Below, one piece after another: positions 1-9,670 of a DNA stretch of 64,000 nt. The position numbers were made by a program, and so were the translations under genes. The notes below the pieces were generated by a model that did no database searches, was not told the DNA's origin, and saw only the letters and a list, made by a program, of their open reading frames with translations. The DNA is from Oceanispirochaeta sp. (lineage in GTDB: Bacteria; Spirochaetota; Spirochaetia; DSM-2461): positions 1,440,001 to 1,504,000 of the forward strand of contig CAXXXD010000002.1 in the NCBI GenBank assembly GCA_963663385.2. Reading direction: 5' to 3'. Position 1 is the first letter of the stretch. Each line of letters opens with the position of its first letter.

Positions 1-210
1 GATATGGTAACATCACCCCTCACACCAAAAGGGATGGTTGTATATGGAATCGGCTGCGGTTTTATGACCTATCTTCTGCGATTTTTCGGTTCTGTCCCTG
101 AAGGAGTATCTCTGGCCATTATTTTCATGAATATTTTCGTTCCCATGATCAACAGAGCCTTCCAGCCTGAAAAATTCGGTCTGGTTCCTAAAGAAAAGGA
201 GGCGGAATAG
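1..210 (+). CDS. rnfD: Rnf complex subunit D, C-terminal fragment (5' end outside window)
   Basis: DMVTSP...YGIGCG...R.FG..PEGVS.AI..MN..VP.IN C-terminal RnfD motifs; directly upstream of rnfG. Confidence 0.9.
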   Translation, partial: DMVTSPLTPKGMVVYGIGCGFMTYLLRFFGSVPEGVSLAIIFMNIFVPMINRAFQPEKFGLVPKEKEAE

Positions 211-749
211 TGACTTATACTATGGAAAAAGCAGGAAAACTGGCTTTGATCTGTGCTGTTTCGGCTCTTCTGCTGGGAATCATCAACAGCATGACCGAAC
301 CGGTTATTGCTGCCAGAAAAAAAATTGAGCTTCAGAATGCCCTTATTTCCCTTATTGAAGAGGGAACTCCCGGAGCTGTGGAAGCTGTCGGCGAAGGGCG
401 TGTCAACTCCCGGTATCCGATTGAAGGCCCCGGCGGCTGGATCCTGGATATGACCGGAAAAGGCTATGGCGGCGAGATGAAGATTCTGGCTTCCTTTCGT
501 CCTGACGGTTCTGTAATTGATGTGGTGCTGATGGATAATGCCGAAACCCCCGGTCTGGGGAAAAAGGCGGAAAAGTCCGAATACATGTCAAAATTCCGGA
601 ATACCGGTGGCGCTGAAGCTGTACCCGTATCGAAAGATATGGTTGATGAATCCCCCGATACAATTACGGGTGCGACAATTACCTTTTCGGGTATAGCAAA
701 CGCAGTCAGCGAGGGATCCGATTATGTTAAAACTCTGGGAGATAAATAA
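210..749 (+). CDS. rnfG: Rnf complex subunit G (FMN-binding)
   Basis: N-terminal TM, GYGG, ETPGLG and DTITGATIT FMN-attachment motif; operon position. Confidence 0.92.
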   Translation: MTYTMEKAGKLALICAVSALLLGIINSMTEPVIAARKKIELQNALISLIEEGTPGAVEAVGEGRVNSRYPIEGPGGWILDMTGKGYGGEMKILASFRPDGSVIDVVLMDNAETPGLGKKAEKSEYMSKFRNTGGAEAVPVSKDMVDESPDTITGATITFSGIANAVSEGSDYVKTLGDK

Positions 750-1373
750 ATGAGTGAATTTACCAAAGGATTTATCCGGGAAAATCCCATATTTATCCTG
801 ATGCTGGGGCTCTGTCCCTCTCTGGCTGTTTCAACCCAGGTTGTCAATGCCCTGGGAATGAGCGCCGGAACCATATTTGTATTGGTAGGATCCAATATTA
901 TGGTATCCCTTCTGAAGAATTTCATTCCCGATGAAATTCATATACCTGCCTATATTGTTATTATTGCCACCTTTGTTACCCTGGTGGATCTGCTGATGCA
1001 GGCCTATGCGCCGGCCCTTTCCAAAAGCCTCGGTGTTTTTGTACAGCTGATTGTTGTTAACTGTATTATCCTGGGCCGGGCGGAAGCTTTTGCCAGTAAA
1101 AATAATGTAAAAGATTCCATAACTGATGCTCTGAGTATGGGGCTGGGATTCTTTTTCGGCCTGACCATGATTGCTCTTATCCGTGAAGTTCTGGGTGCCG
1201 GGACTATTACACTCTTCCCCATGGGAAGTTTTGACGGTGTTATCGAGATCCCCGGGCTGGCAGCAGCTCCTGTAAGGATCATATCTCTTTCGGCAGGTGC
1301 CCTGTTTGTGGTGGGATACCTTAAAGCCATGTTCAACTGGCTGAGTACCAAACCCGGTAAGGAGGCCGCCTGA
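750..1373 (+). CDS. rnfE: Rnf complex subunit E
   Basis: ENP...LGLCPSLAVS and LIVVNCIILGRAEAFA motifs. Confidence 0.95.
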   Translation: MSEFTKGFIRENPIFILMLGLCPSLAVSTQVVNALGMSAGTIFVLVGSNIMVSLLKNFIPDEIHIPAYIVIIATFVTLVDLLMQAYAPALSKSLGVFVQLIVVNCIILGRAEAFASKNNVKDSITDALSMGLGFFFGLTMIALIREVLGAGTITLFPMGSFDGVIEIPGLAAAPVRIISLSAGALFVVGYLKAMFNWLSTKPGKEAA

Positions 1374-1963
1374 TGACCTATTTGGGAATTGTAATAACCT
1401 ATGTATTTATCAGTAACCTGATACTGGCCCAGTTTCTTGGCCTCTGTCCTTTTATCGGTGTTTCCAAAAATGTTGAATCTGCTGTTGGAATGGGGTTTGC
1501 CGTAACGTTTGTTATGTCTATTGCTTCTCTGGTAACCTGGGCGCTGTATCATCTGATACTGCTTCCCCTTGGACTGATCTATCTGCAGACTATTGTTTTT
1601 ATCCTGACGATTGCTTCTCTTGTTCAGCTGGTGGAAATGGTTGTTCAGAAATACTCCCCCATTCTGTATAAGGCTCTGGGGATCTACCTGCCCCTGATTA
1701 CAACCAACTGTGCCGTAATGGGTATTGCCCTGATCAATATCAACAGCGGCTACAATGTTCTTGAAAGCTTTACAGCCGGTTTCTCTGCGGGTCTTGGTTT
1801 TCTTCTGGCAATTGTTCTGATGTCCGCCATCCGGGTTCAGATGGAAACGGAAAATGTTCCCCGCTACCTTAAAGGCGCTCCCATTGCTTTTATCAGCGGC
1901 GGCTTGATGGCTATGGCATTTATGGCCTTTGATAAAGCTCTGCTTAATAATCTGATAGGATAG
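1373..1963 (+). CDS. rnfA: Rnf complex subunit A
   Basis: FLGLCPFIGVS and LGIYLPLITTNCAVMG motifs. Confidence 0.95.
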   Translation: MTYLGIVITYVFISNLILAQFLGLCPFIGVSKNVESAVGMGFAVTFVMSIASLVTWALYHLILLPLGLIYLQTIVFILTIASLVQLVEMVVQKYSPILYKALGIYLPLITTNCAVMGIALININSGYNVLESFTAGFSAGLGFLLAIVLMSAIRVQMETENVPRYLKGAPIAFISGGLMAMAFMAFDKALLNNLIG

Positions 1964-1970
1964 GAAACTG

Positions 1971-2825
1971 ATGGAAGAAGTAATGAGAATATTCTGGGGA
2001 TTCCTGTCCACCGTCCTTTTCGGAGGATTGCTGGGTTTGGGACTGGCTGTTGCCTCCCGGAAACTGAAAGTAGAAAAAGATGAAACCGTCGAGGCTCTGG
2101 ACGGGGCCATGCCCGGTCTGAACTGCGGTTCCTGCGGCTATGCCGGCTGTTCCGGATATGCCGAGGCTCTGGCAGAGGGCAGGGACGAGGATATTACCAG
2201 GTGTAAACCCGGGGGAGCTGATACTCTGGCTGCCATCGGTAAAATACTGGGAATCGAGGTTGATGCCAATGCCGTGCGTATGGTTGCCTGCGTTCACTGT
2301 ATCGGAACCAACGATAAAGCAACCCGCAGCTTTGAGTACGATGGCCTGACAGATTGTAATGCCGCGTCCATCCTCTTTGGAGGGAATAAGGATTGTAAAT
2401 ACGGATGCCTTGGCCTGGGAAGCTGTATTGATGTATGTCCTGCCAATGCCATTCGCAAAACAGGGGATGGTCTGGTGGAAGTAAACCCGGACCTCTGTAT
2501 TTCATGTGGCAAGTGTGTAGACATCTGTCCCACAGGTGTCATGAGGATGATTCCCGAGGATGCAGACTTTATTGTAGCCTGTAATTCCAGGGATAAAGGG
2601 AAAGATACAAAAGCAAATTGCAGTGTCGGATGCATCGCCTGCAGGATATGTGAGAAAAAATTTCCGGAAGCCGGGTATAAAGTGCAGGATAATTTGTCTA
2701 TAATGCAGTATGATAATAGGGGACCCGGAAGAGCAGATGCCGCGCAGAAATGCCCGGCCAAATGTATAATCCCCTATAATGTCGACAAATCGAAAGAGAT
2801 GACAGAGGTCGAAGAGACCGACTGA
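1971..2825 (+). CDS. rnfB: Rnf complex subunit B (polyferredoxin)
   Basis: PGLNCGSCGYAGC motif plus several CxxCxxCxxxCP ferredoxin motifs. Confidence 0.93.
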   Translation: MEEVMRIFWGFLSTVLFGGLLGLGLAVASRKLKVEKDETVEALDGAMPGLNCGSCGYAGCSGYAEALAEGRDEDITRCKPGGADTLAAIGKILGIEVDANAVRMVACVHCIGTNDKATRSFEYDGLTDCNAASILFGGNKDCKYGCLGLGSCIDVCPANAIRKTGDGLVEVNPDLCISCGKCVDICPTGVMRMIPEDADFIVACNSRDKGKDTKANCSVGCIACRICEKKFPEAGYKVQDNLSIMQYDNRGPGRADAAQKCPAKCIIPYNVDKSKEMTEVEETD

Positions 2826-2839
2826 CTTTTTAGAACTAA

Positions 2840-4837
2840 ATGAATAAGATAAAGCTGGTATTCGGAACATACAATACACAACCTCTCGGCCTTCAGGAGC
2901 ATCTCTACGAAGAGGCCTATCAGAAAGCCTATAAACCTTTTGTAACGGCTGTGTATAATTTCCCGGAGCTGGCTTTGTCTCTCCACTACTCAGGGCCTCT
3001 TCTATCCTGGCTGGAAAAGAGGCATCCTGAATTTATAACGGTACTCCGGGAGATGGTGGACCGGAAACAGGTGGAAATTCTGGGCGGCAGCTATTTTGAG
3101 CCGACCCTGCCCCTGATTCCTTCATCCGACAGGGTCGGGCAGATTGAGATGATGACTACCTATCTGCGGAAAACTTTCGGAAGAAGATCCAGGGGATTCT
3201 GGATTTCCGGCAATATCTGGGAGAATCAGCTTGCCTATACTCTTAAAAGCTGCGGTATGGAGTACCTTTTTCTGGATGAGAGAATCTTTCGTGATGCAGG
3301 CGTGCGGGAAAACAGATTGTTTGATGTTGTTCTCACGGAAGATCAGGGAAAAACCCTGGAGGTATTTCCTCTCTGTTATAGAATCTGTCAGCAGATGTTT
3401 CTGTGTTCTCCTTCGGAAGTTTTTGATCAGCTTAAGGAGCTGACCTCCTCCGCATGCAATTCTCCGATTGTATCTATTATGCTTCCGGGAGAATCCCTCT
3501 CTCAGGAAAAATCAAGAACAGCTGTATCCTGTCAGACCGCATGGCTGGAAGAGTTCTTCACTCTTCTTATCAGAAACAGAAATTGGATCACCACAGAACT
3601 GCCGGGCAGAATTCTCCGGGATGAGTCTGTTTCGGAAAGGCGGTATTTCCCTACCACATCCTATAATAGATTAATGGAGTGGCGGGAAGACTGTCATGGT
3701 GAGATCGGGAGTGATACCAGGCATTTCAGGCATTTTCTGACCAATTACAGGGAGAGCAATCTTCTTTATTCCAAAATGATGTACACCCAGGTTCTTGTTA
3801 ATCAGGTTCGGGGTGACAAATACAGAAAAAAGTCTGCCAGGGAAGAACTCTGGAAAGGGCAGAACCATAATCCTTACTGGCATGGACCGGACAGGGGGCT
3901 GTATAACATTCAGCTCAGGCACAATGCTTACCGTTTTCTGATTGAAGCCGAAAAGATAACCCGAGAAAAAGGGATATTCATTCCTGCCTTAATGCCCCTT
4001 GATTTTGATATGGACGGGAGTATTGAATACCTCTATCAGGGGTATACTCTCAATGCTTATACCCATGTCAAAGGCGGTTCACTTTTTGAGCTTGACTACC
4101 TGCCTTCCAGTTGGAACTATCTGAATACCCTTTCCCGCTATCAGGATTTCAGTAATCCCAAAGCTGCGGAAATCAGGGACTCCTATTCCAGAAAGGCCTT
4201 TCTGGATCACTTTTTTGAAGACGTTGATCTATCTTCTTTTATGGAAAATAAATACAAGGAAGTCGGGGATTTCCTTAACGGTGTTTATGATGTTCTGAAT
4301 CATAACAGGGAAAAACAGGTTCTTGTTCTGGGAAGGACGGGATCTGTCAGTCAGAAAGGACGAAAGACCCCTCTGCATATCAAAAAGCAGTATGATTTTA
4401 AACGCAATAGTGTAGAGCTTCAGTATGAAATCAGTAACAGGGGCTATGAAAAATGCCACTACTATTTCGGCAGTGAACTGAACCTCGCTCTTCCGGCGCC
4501 GGAAACATACGAATCCCGTTTCTGTTATATGAATTCAATGGATGAGTTTCTGGATTTTGACGGGGAACCGGTAGAGCTGAAACAGCTGAAGATTCTCCAG
4601 ATTCAGGATCTTATGAATAATACAACCATACAGGTGGATTACTCTCTGTCTCCCGATAAATTCTGGAGCTTTCCCCTGATGACCCCCTATGTATACCCCG
4701 GAACGGATTCAGAGGAATCCCTTTATCAGGGAACCACATTCCTGCCTCAATGGGAGATTACCCTTTTTCCCGGTGAGTCCTGGATACTGGATATAAGCCT
4801 GAAGATAGGGAAGAGCAAAGGAAAGGCCTTCGCCTGA
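2840..4837 (+). CDS. GH57 4-alpha-glucanotransferase/alpha-amylase-like protein (catalytic residues appear substituted)
   Basis: LHYSGPLL.WLE, EILGG.Y.EP.LPLIP, Q.H.PYWHG...GLY, DFDMDG..E motifs of GH57/DUF1925/DUF1926 proteins. Confidence 0.8.
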   Translation: MNKIKLVFGTYNTQPLGLQEHLYEEAYQKAYKPFVTAVYNFPELALSLHYSGPLLSWLEKRHPEFITVLREMVDRKQVEILGGSYFEPTLPLIPSSDRVGQIEMMTTYLRKTFGRRSRGFWISGNIWENQLAYTLKSCGMEYLFLDERIFRDAGVRENRLFDVVLTEDQGKTLEVFPLCYRICQQMFLCSPSEVFDQLKELTSSACNSPIVSIMLPGESLSQEKSRTAVSCQTAWLEEFFTLLIRNRNWITTELPGRILRDESVSERRYFPTTSYNRLMEWREDCHGEIGSDTRHFRHFLTNYRESNLLYSKMMYTQVLVNQVRGDKYRKKSAREELWKGQNHNPYWHGPDRGLYNIQLRHNAYRFLIEAEKITREKGIFIPALMPLDFDMDGSIEYLYQGYTLNAYTHVKGGSLFELDYLPSSWNYLNTLSRYQDFSNPKAAEIRDSYSRKAFLDHFFEDVDLSSFMENKYKEVGDFLNGVYDVLNHNREKQVLVLGRTGSVSQKGRKTPLHIKKQYDFKRNSVELQYEISNRGYEKCHYYFGSELNLALPAPETYESRFCYMNSMDEFLDFDGEPVELKQLKILQIQDLMNNTTIQVDYSLSPDKFWSFPLMTPYVYPGTDSEESLYQGTTFLPQWEITLFPGESWILDISLKIGKSKGKAFA

Positions 4838-5023
4838 ACTCATCTTTTTTTCAGCATCTTCGTTAGTCAAAAGCCTGGTCACAGCCTTCGGTTGTTGCTC
4901 TGGTCATTCCGCTGCGCTGCATTGCTCGAGTGTGCGACCGACTCGGCCATGCCGCCGGGCTCATTTACTGAAGTAAACTTCGCATTTTCCGGTCTCAATC
5001 CTGAAAAAAATATTTCGTTCAGG
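4833..5023. repeat. MITE-like structured element with imperfect terminal inverted repeats
   Basis: Left end CCTGAAC-TCATC-TTTTTTTCAG; right end reverse complement CCTGAAC-GAAATA-TTTTTTTCAG; internal hairpins such as TTTAC-TGAA-GTAAA. Confidence 0.55.
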
Positions 5024-5045
5024 AAATAAGGTTATTTCATGAGAT

Positions 5046-5073
5046 CCCTGAGTGAAGTCGAAGGGTCGAAGGG
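5046..5073. repeat. REP-like short element CCCTGAGTGAAGTCGAAGGG with duplicated TCGAAGGG tail
   Basis: Direct reading; related degenerate inverted copy at 9496-9516. Confidence 0.45.
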
Positions 5074-6357
5074 TCAGAATTCCACCCGTTCTTTTCTGGC
5101 TTGCAGCTGCTTTAATTTGAATATGTTGTAAATCCATTCATTGGATTCGCTATAGTATAGTTCTCTGGCTGTCAGAAAATCCATAAAGGCATATTCAAAT
5201 TCATTCCGGAAATAGAGAGCCTCGCCTCTGTAGTAGTGCAGTCTGGCCAGAATCTCCCTATCGTATACCTTATTAAGCTCCCGGTCTGTTCTGGTTATGA
5301 CAGATTCCCAATCCTGGTTTTCCAGAAGGAGAGGAATCCCTTCCAGAGCGGAATGGAGCGGTTCAACCCTGTCGGCATCCAGAACCTCAACTTCTTTCCA
5401 TTCAATATCCCTTACGGATTTTCCGAAATTCAGAGCTGCCAGTTTCAAAGCTGTATCGCCGCTCAGTTCAACAGGTGCATCAGGAAGCGCCGGACCGGGC
5501 AGGGGTTTGCCCTGTTCTATATCACTGCTGATATTTAAAACCGGGAGTGGTATATGGCGGGAGGGAAACTGGAAACTATGGGCCTCCGCCGGGCTCCACT
5601 CATCCAGGGGAATGATCACAGGTTCAAGGGTTACGCTGCCTTCATAAAGAATCTCTTCACTTCCCGCCTCGAAGAGATCCTTGTCCACAAGGGCATAATA
5701 AAAGGGGATTCCCGGGACAACCGTATCTTTCCACTGGAGTTTCCCGCCGCTGAGAGTCGCAACACGTGCTGCTTTCAGAAGGTCTTCCCTATTCCGGGGG
5801 TACTCTACACTTCGGAACAGGAGAACCGGCCGGTCCATTCTGGATGACAGGGCGCTGATCTGCATATCCTGAATATCTGGATTCACTTTCAAATCGGAAA
5901 TATAGGTGGTTCTTTCTTCTTCCACAGCATGAAGTACAGCGCCGACCGGTTCCATATTCATGTTTCTATAAGGAATAAAAACATCAAAAAGCCGGTCTCC
6001 TTCCTGAACCAGCACAAGAAAATACCACTCATCCCCGTTGCCCGGTTCAAACAGATACTGCTCCTCTCCGGTAGCAAGGGTCTCAAGCAGAGTCGCATCG
6101 TTCAGACTCTCTTTATTATTGAAAGGCTGGTCCGAATAGTAGATCTTATATACAGGAGAATCCAGATTTCTGGCATCCTTCCAGCTAAGGAGGATTGAAG
6201 CCCCTTTTGTTTCCGCTCTGAAGCGGCTGGCAAAAGGAGCAAATATCTCTTCCCGGCCTTCCTCAACTCCGGTCTGGGAGGATACCGGGATTAATGAAGA
6301 GAGACTTAATAGGAGGATGACGTGCAGGATTATCTTTTTATTCATAGTTGAACTCAT
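5074..6357 (-). CDS. Exported hypothetical protein with C-terminal TPR-like helices (start probably at MNKK, 6342)
   Basis: 427-aa ORF, signal-peptide-like N-terminus, HYYRGEALYF TPR-like segment. Confidence 0.7.
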   Translation of the reverse strand: MSSTMNKKIILHVILLLSLSSLIPVSSQTGVEEGREEIFAPFASRFRAETKGASILLSWKDARNLDSPVYKIYYSDQPFNNKESLNDATLLETLATGEEQYLFEPGNGDEWYFLVLVQEGDRLFDVFIPYRNMNMEPVGAVLHAVEEERTTYISDLKVNPDIQDMQISALSSRMDRPVLLFRSVEYPRNREDLLKAARVATLSGGKLQWKDTVVPGIPFYYALVDKDLFEAGSEEILYEGSVTLEPVIIPLDEWSPAEAHSFQFPSRHIPLPVLNISSDIEQGKPLPGPALPDAPVELSGDTALKLAALNFGKSVRDIEWKEVEVLDADRVEPLHSALEGIPLLLENQDWESVITRTDRELNKVYDREILARLHYYRGEALYFRNEFEYAFMDFLTARELYYSESNEWIYNIFKLKQLQARKERVEF

Positions 6358-6447
6358 TTATATTTTCGGCAGACAGGGTGGTAAACAGGACAAAAAAAGG
6401 AAATCTCTCCGTTGACCCCTCATTATGACGGAGGGTATGATGAATAC

Positions 6448-7662
6448 ATGAAATTCGGACAACGCGGCCTTGATGCCTATAAAGCGCAATCCAAACCCCA
6501 AAGGGATAGGACGGACGGAAATCCTGATGAAAATACGGCATTGAAAGCTCTTATCAAAGAGGATCGGAAGGGAGAGAGTGCCTTTGATCCTCCCGGGCTG
6601 ATTAAAACTGCCGGTGTCTCTGCGGATCGCGTAGGGCTTTCATCCTCCCTGAAACAGGCTCCTCCCCCGAAAGAATCACCTGCAGGTATTCGCAAGGCCG
6701 CCCGCTTTCTTCTGCTTCTGGGAAAAGAGGAAGCCGGAAATGTTCTGCGTAATATGACCGAAAGCGAGATTGAACAGATAACCGGAGAAATCGCCAGTAT
6801 TAAATCCGTTACTCTTGATGAAGCAAAACTGGTTCTTGAGGATTTCGGCTATAATATAGAGCCTCATACTGTTCGGGGCGGGATCAATATGGCCCGTGAT
6901 ATTCTCAGCAGAGCTTTCGGTAAAGAGAAGGGCGAGCAGTATATCCGTACAGCCTGCCCTGAAATCCTGCCGCATCCCTTTTCATTTATGAACGATCTGT
7001 CCCTGCCTCAACTGCTGCAGATTCTGAAGGATGAGCAGGTTGAGAGCCTGTCGGTCATTCTCTCCTTTATGGACGCGGAAAAGGTTTCTGCCTATATAAA
7101 GACTCTGGATCTGGCAAAGCAGGTAAGTCTTGTAAAACGGATGGCTCATATGCAGCAGGTTCACCCTGATGTCATTGCCAATATGGAGGGGGTGCTTCAG
7201 GAGCGTGTTCATGGTATTGCCAGAACGGAGGAGGTAGATATTGACGGCCCGGCCCGGTTGACAGAAATCCTGCGGTATATGAACAGGCAGGATGAAACGA
7301 CTATTCTGAGGGAGATTGAGGATAATAACCCGGATATCAGCCGTCAGATAAAGGAAAATCTGATGACCATGGAAAGTATCTTTCAACTGCGCCCCCGGGA
7401 CCTGCAGAATCTTCTCCTGGAGACAGCCAATGAGACGATTGTTCTGCTTCTCAAGGACAAGGAGAAACGTATCTGTGAACAGATCCTTTCTCACCTCTCC
7501 GCCCAGCGGCGTTTCCTGATTGAGGAAGAAAGGATAATTGCTCCTCTGGTACCACGGAAAGATGTTCAGAATGTCACCAGGGAGTTTCTGGAGATGATTC
7601 GTGTCAGGCAGGAGGAAGGGCGTTATATCCTTTTGGGTGAAGAGGATGAATATTTACTCTGA
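6448..7662 (+). CDS. fliG: Flagellar motor switch protein FliG paralogue
   Basis: RKAA.FLL.LGKE.A..VL, GG...AR.IL..AFG.EK, PFSF, DGPARL.EIL FliG motifs; start set at ATG 6448. Confidence 0.8.
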   Translation: MKFGQRGLDAYKAQSKPQRDRTDGNPDENTALKALIKEDRKGESAFDPPGLIKTAGVSADRVGLSSSLKQAPPPKESPAGIRKAARFLLLLGKEEAGNVLRNMTESEIEQITGEIASIKSVTLDEAKLVLEDFGYNIEPHTVRGGINMARDILSRAFGKEKGEQYIRTACPEILPHPFSFMNDLSLPQLLQILKDEQVESLSVILSFMDAEKVSAYIKTLDLAKQVSLVKRMAHMQQVHPDVIANMEGVLQERVHGIARTEEVDIDGPARLTEILRYMNRQDETTILREIEDNNPDISRQIKENLMTMESIFQLRPRDLQNLLLETANETIVLLLKDKEKRICEQILSHLSAQRRFLIEEERIIAPLVPRKDVQNVTREFLEMIRVRQEEGRYILLGEEDEYLL

Positions 7663-7702
7663 CTCTTGTCAATCCTCCGCGTGATATTATATTATTGCGT
7701 CT

Positions 7703-9490
7703 ATGACAGCTAACGAACTAAGAAAGAAATATATCGATTTTTTTGTTTCAAGAAATCATGCGGAAATATCCGGACAGTCTCTGATTCCTGAGAATGATCC
7801 GACTGTATTGTTTACCACTGCCGGAATGCACCCACTGGTTCCCTATCTTCAGGGACAGCCTCACCCTGCCGGTAAGCGTTTGACCAACTATCAGAAATGT
7901 ATCCGGACCGGTGATATTGAAGCAGTAGGGGATCCCTCGCATCTGACATTTTTTGAAATGCTGGGTAACTGGTCTCTGGGGGATTACTTTAAAGAAGAAG
8001 CGCTGAACATGAGTTATGAGTTCCTGACTTCACCGGATTACCTGGGGCTGGATAAGGACCGCTTGTCAGTTACGGTTTTTGCCGGTGATGATGATGTCCC
8101 CCGGGATGAAGAAGCAGCCGGTATCTGGCGAAAGCTGGGTATGCCTGAAGACCGCATCTACTTCCTTCCCCGCGAAGATAACTGGTGGGGGCCCGCCGGA
8201 AAAACCGGCCCCTGCGGTCCTGACAGTGAGATGTTCTATGATACAGGAAAGGAATCCTGCGGCGACGACTGTAAACCGGGATGTCACTGTGGCAAATACT
8301 TCGAAATCTGGAATGATGTATTTATGCAGTATAACAAGCAGGAAGACGGTTCCTATATTCCCCTGGATGCACCCTGTGTTGATACGGGGATGGGGATCGA
8401 ACGAACCGCCACAATGCTTCAGGGAAAAAAATCAGTTTACCAGACCGAACTGTTTCAGCCTATTATTGCCGCCCTGGAAGAACTGACAGGTCTTACGTAC
8501 GGAGAATCCGAGGAGAAGGATATTTCCATCCGTATTATCAGTGACCATATAAAATCAGCGACCATGATTATCGGGGATCCCAGAGGGGCTAAACCTTCCA
8601 ACCTGGGACAGGGGTATATCCTCCGCCGGCTTATACGGAGGGCTGTCCGCCACGGTAAAAAACTGGGGATACAGGATAATTTCCTGGCTGGAATCAGCAG
8701 GGTTGTCATCGGTATGTACAGTTCTATATACGAAGATTTGAAGACTAAAGAGGATATGATACTTCTTGAACTGACTCTGGAAGAGAAGCAGTTCAATACC
8801 ACATTGAAGAAGGGGGAACATGAGTTCGAAAAAATACTCCCCAATCTGATGAGGAATCCCAAAAAGATTATCCCCGGTCGTCTGGCATTCAAATTGTACG
8901 ATACCTACGGTTTCCCTGTTGAGCTGACAGAAGAGCTGGCCGCGGAGAACGGTATGACCGTTGACCGTGACGGATTTGACGAAGCCTTTAAAAAGCACCA
9001 GGAAGCCTCCAAAAAAGGTGCTGACAAGATATTCAAGGGCGGGCTGGCTGATCATTCCGAGATGACCACCCGTTACCATACGGCAACTCACCTGCTTCAC
9101 GAAGCTCTTATGCGTGTTCTGGGTGATCACGTAGAACAGAAGGGGAGTAACATTACCGAAGATCGCCTGCGTTTTGACTTCTCTCATCCCGAAAAGATGA
9201 CAGCGGAGCAACTGGCTGAAGTACAGGAAATCGTTAATGCGGAGATTAAAAAAGCCCATCCTGTTTCTGTCAGGAACATGACTGTAGAGGAGGCAAAAGG
9301 TCTGGGAGCCAGGGCTCTTTTCTCTTCCAAGTATGGTGAACAGGTTAAGGTTTACTTTATTGGAGATTTTTCAATTGAAGTCTGCGGCGGTCCTCATGTG
9401 GAAAACACCTCCGAGCTGGGTGAGTTTGTTATTAAAAAAGAACAGTCCTCTTCCAGAGGTGTACGAAGAATTAAGGCAATCCTTAAATAG
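7703..9490 (+). CDS. alaS: Alanine--tRNA ligase (short form without C-Ala domain)
   Basis: DPTVLFTTAGM, HLTFFEMLGNWS, DTGMGIER, HTATHLL, CGGPHV. Confidence 0.97.
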   Translation: MTANELRKKYIDFFVSRNHAEISGQSLIPENDPTVLFTTAGMHPLVPYLQGQPHPAGKRLTNYQKCIRTGDIEAVGDPSHLTFFEMLGNWSLGDYFKEEALNMSYEFLTSPDYLGLDKDRLSVTVFAGDDDVPRDEEAAGIWRKLGMPEDRIYFLPREDNWWGPAGKTGPCGPDSEMFYDTGKESCGDDCKPGCHCGKYFEIWNDVFMQYNKQEDGSYIPLDAPCVDTGMGIERTATMLQGKKSVYQTELFQPIIAALEELTGLTYGESEEKDISIRIISDHIKSATMIIGDPRGAKPSNLGQGYILRRLIRRAVRHGKKLGIQDNFLAGISRVVIGMYSSIYEDLKTKEDMILLELTLEEKQFNTTLKKGEHEFEKILPNLMRNPKKIIPGRLAFKLYDTYGFPVELTEELAAENGMTVDRDGFDEAFKKHQEASKKGADKIFKGGLADHSEMTTRYHTATHLLHEALMRVLGDHVEQKGSNITEDRLRFDFSHPEKMTAEQLAEVQEIVNAEIKKAHPVSVRNMTVEEAKGLGARALFSSKYGEQVKVYFIGDFSIEVCGGPHVENTSELGEFVIKKEQSSSRGVRRIKAILK

Positions 9491-9531
9491 GTAATCCCCT
9501 TCGGCTCCGCGTGGGGCAGTATTTCTATAGT

Positions 9532-9585
9532 AAAAAAGGCTGAAACCGAAGATTGTTAATCTATCGGGTTCAGCCTTTCTTTTTT
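9532..9585. terminator. Bidirectional intrinsic terminator between convergent alaS and TPR gene
   Basis: AAAAAAGGCTGAA...TTCAGCCTTTCTTTTT long stem with A/T tracts on both sides. Confidence 0.75.
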
Positions 9586-9590
9586 ATAGG

Positions 9591-9663
9591 CCTCTCCCAG
9601 CCCCTCCAAAGGAGGGGCTGCAATCTTTCAGCCGCATCTCCCCTCCGGGGAGACTGAGAGAGG
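9591..9663. repeat. Double-hairpin REP-like element
   Basis: CAGCCCCTCC-AAA-GGAGGGGCTG and TCTCCCC-TCC-GGGGAGA enclosed by CCTCTC...GAGAGG. Confidence 0.55.
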
Positions 9664-9670
9664 TTAGGTT

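Noticed and set aside
1004..2110. 368-aa minus-strand ORF (likewise 8555-9259, 27253-28032, 49396-50172 and other antisense ORFs)
   Set aside because: Antisense to well-supported genes; no motifs or translation signals.
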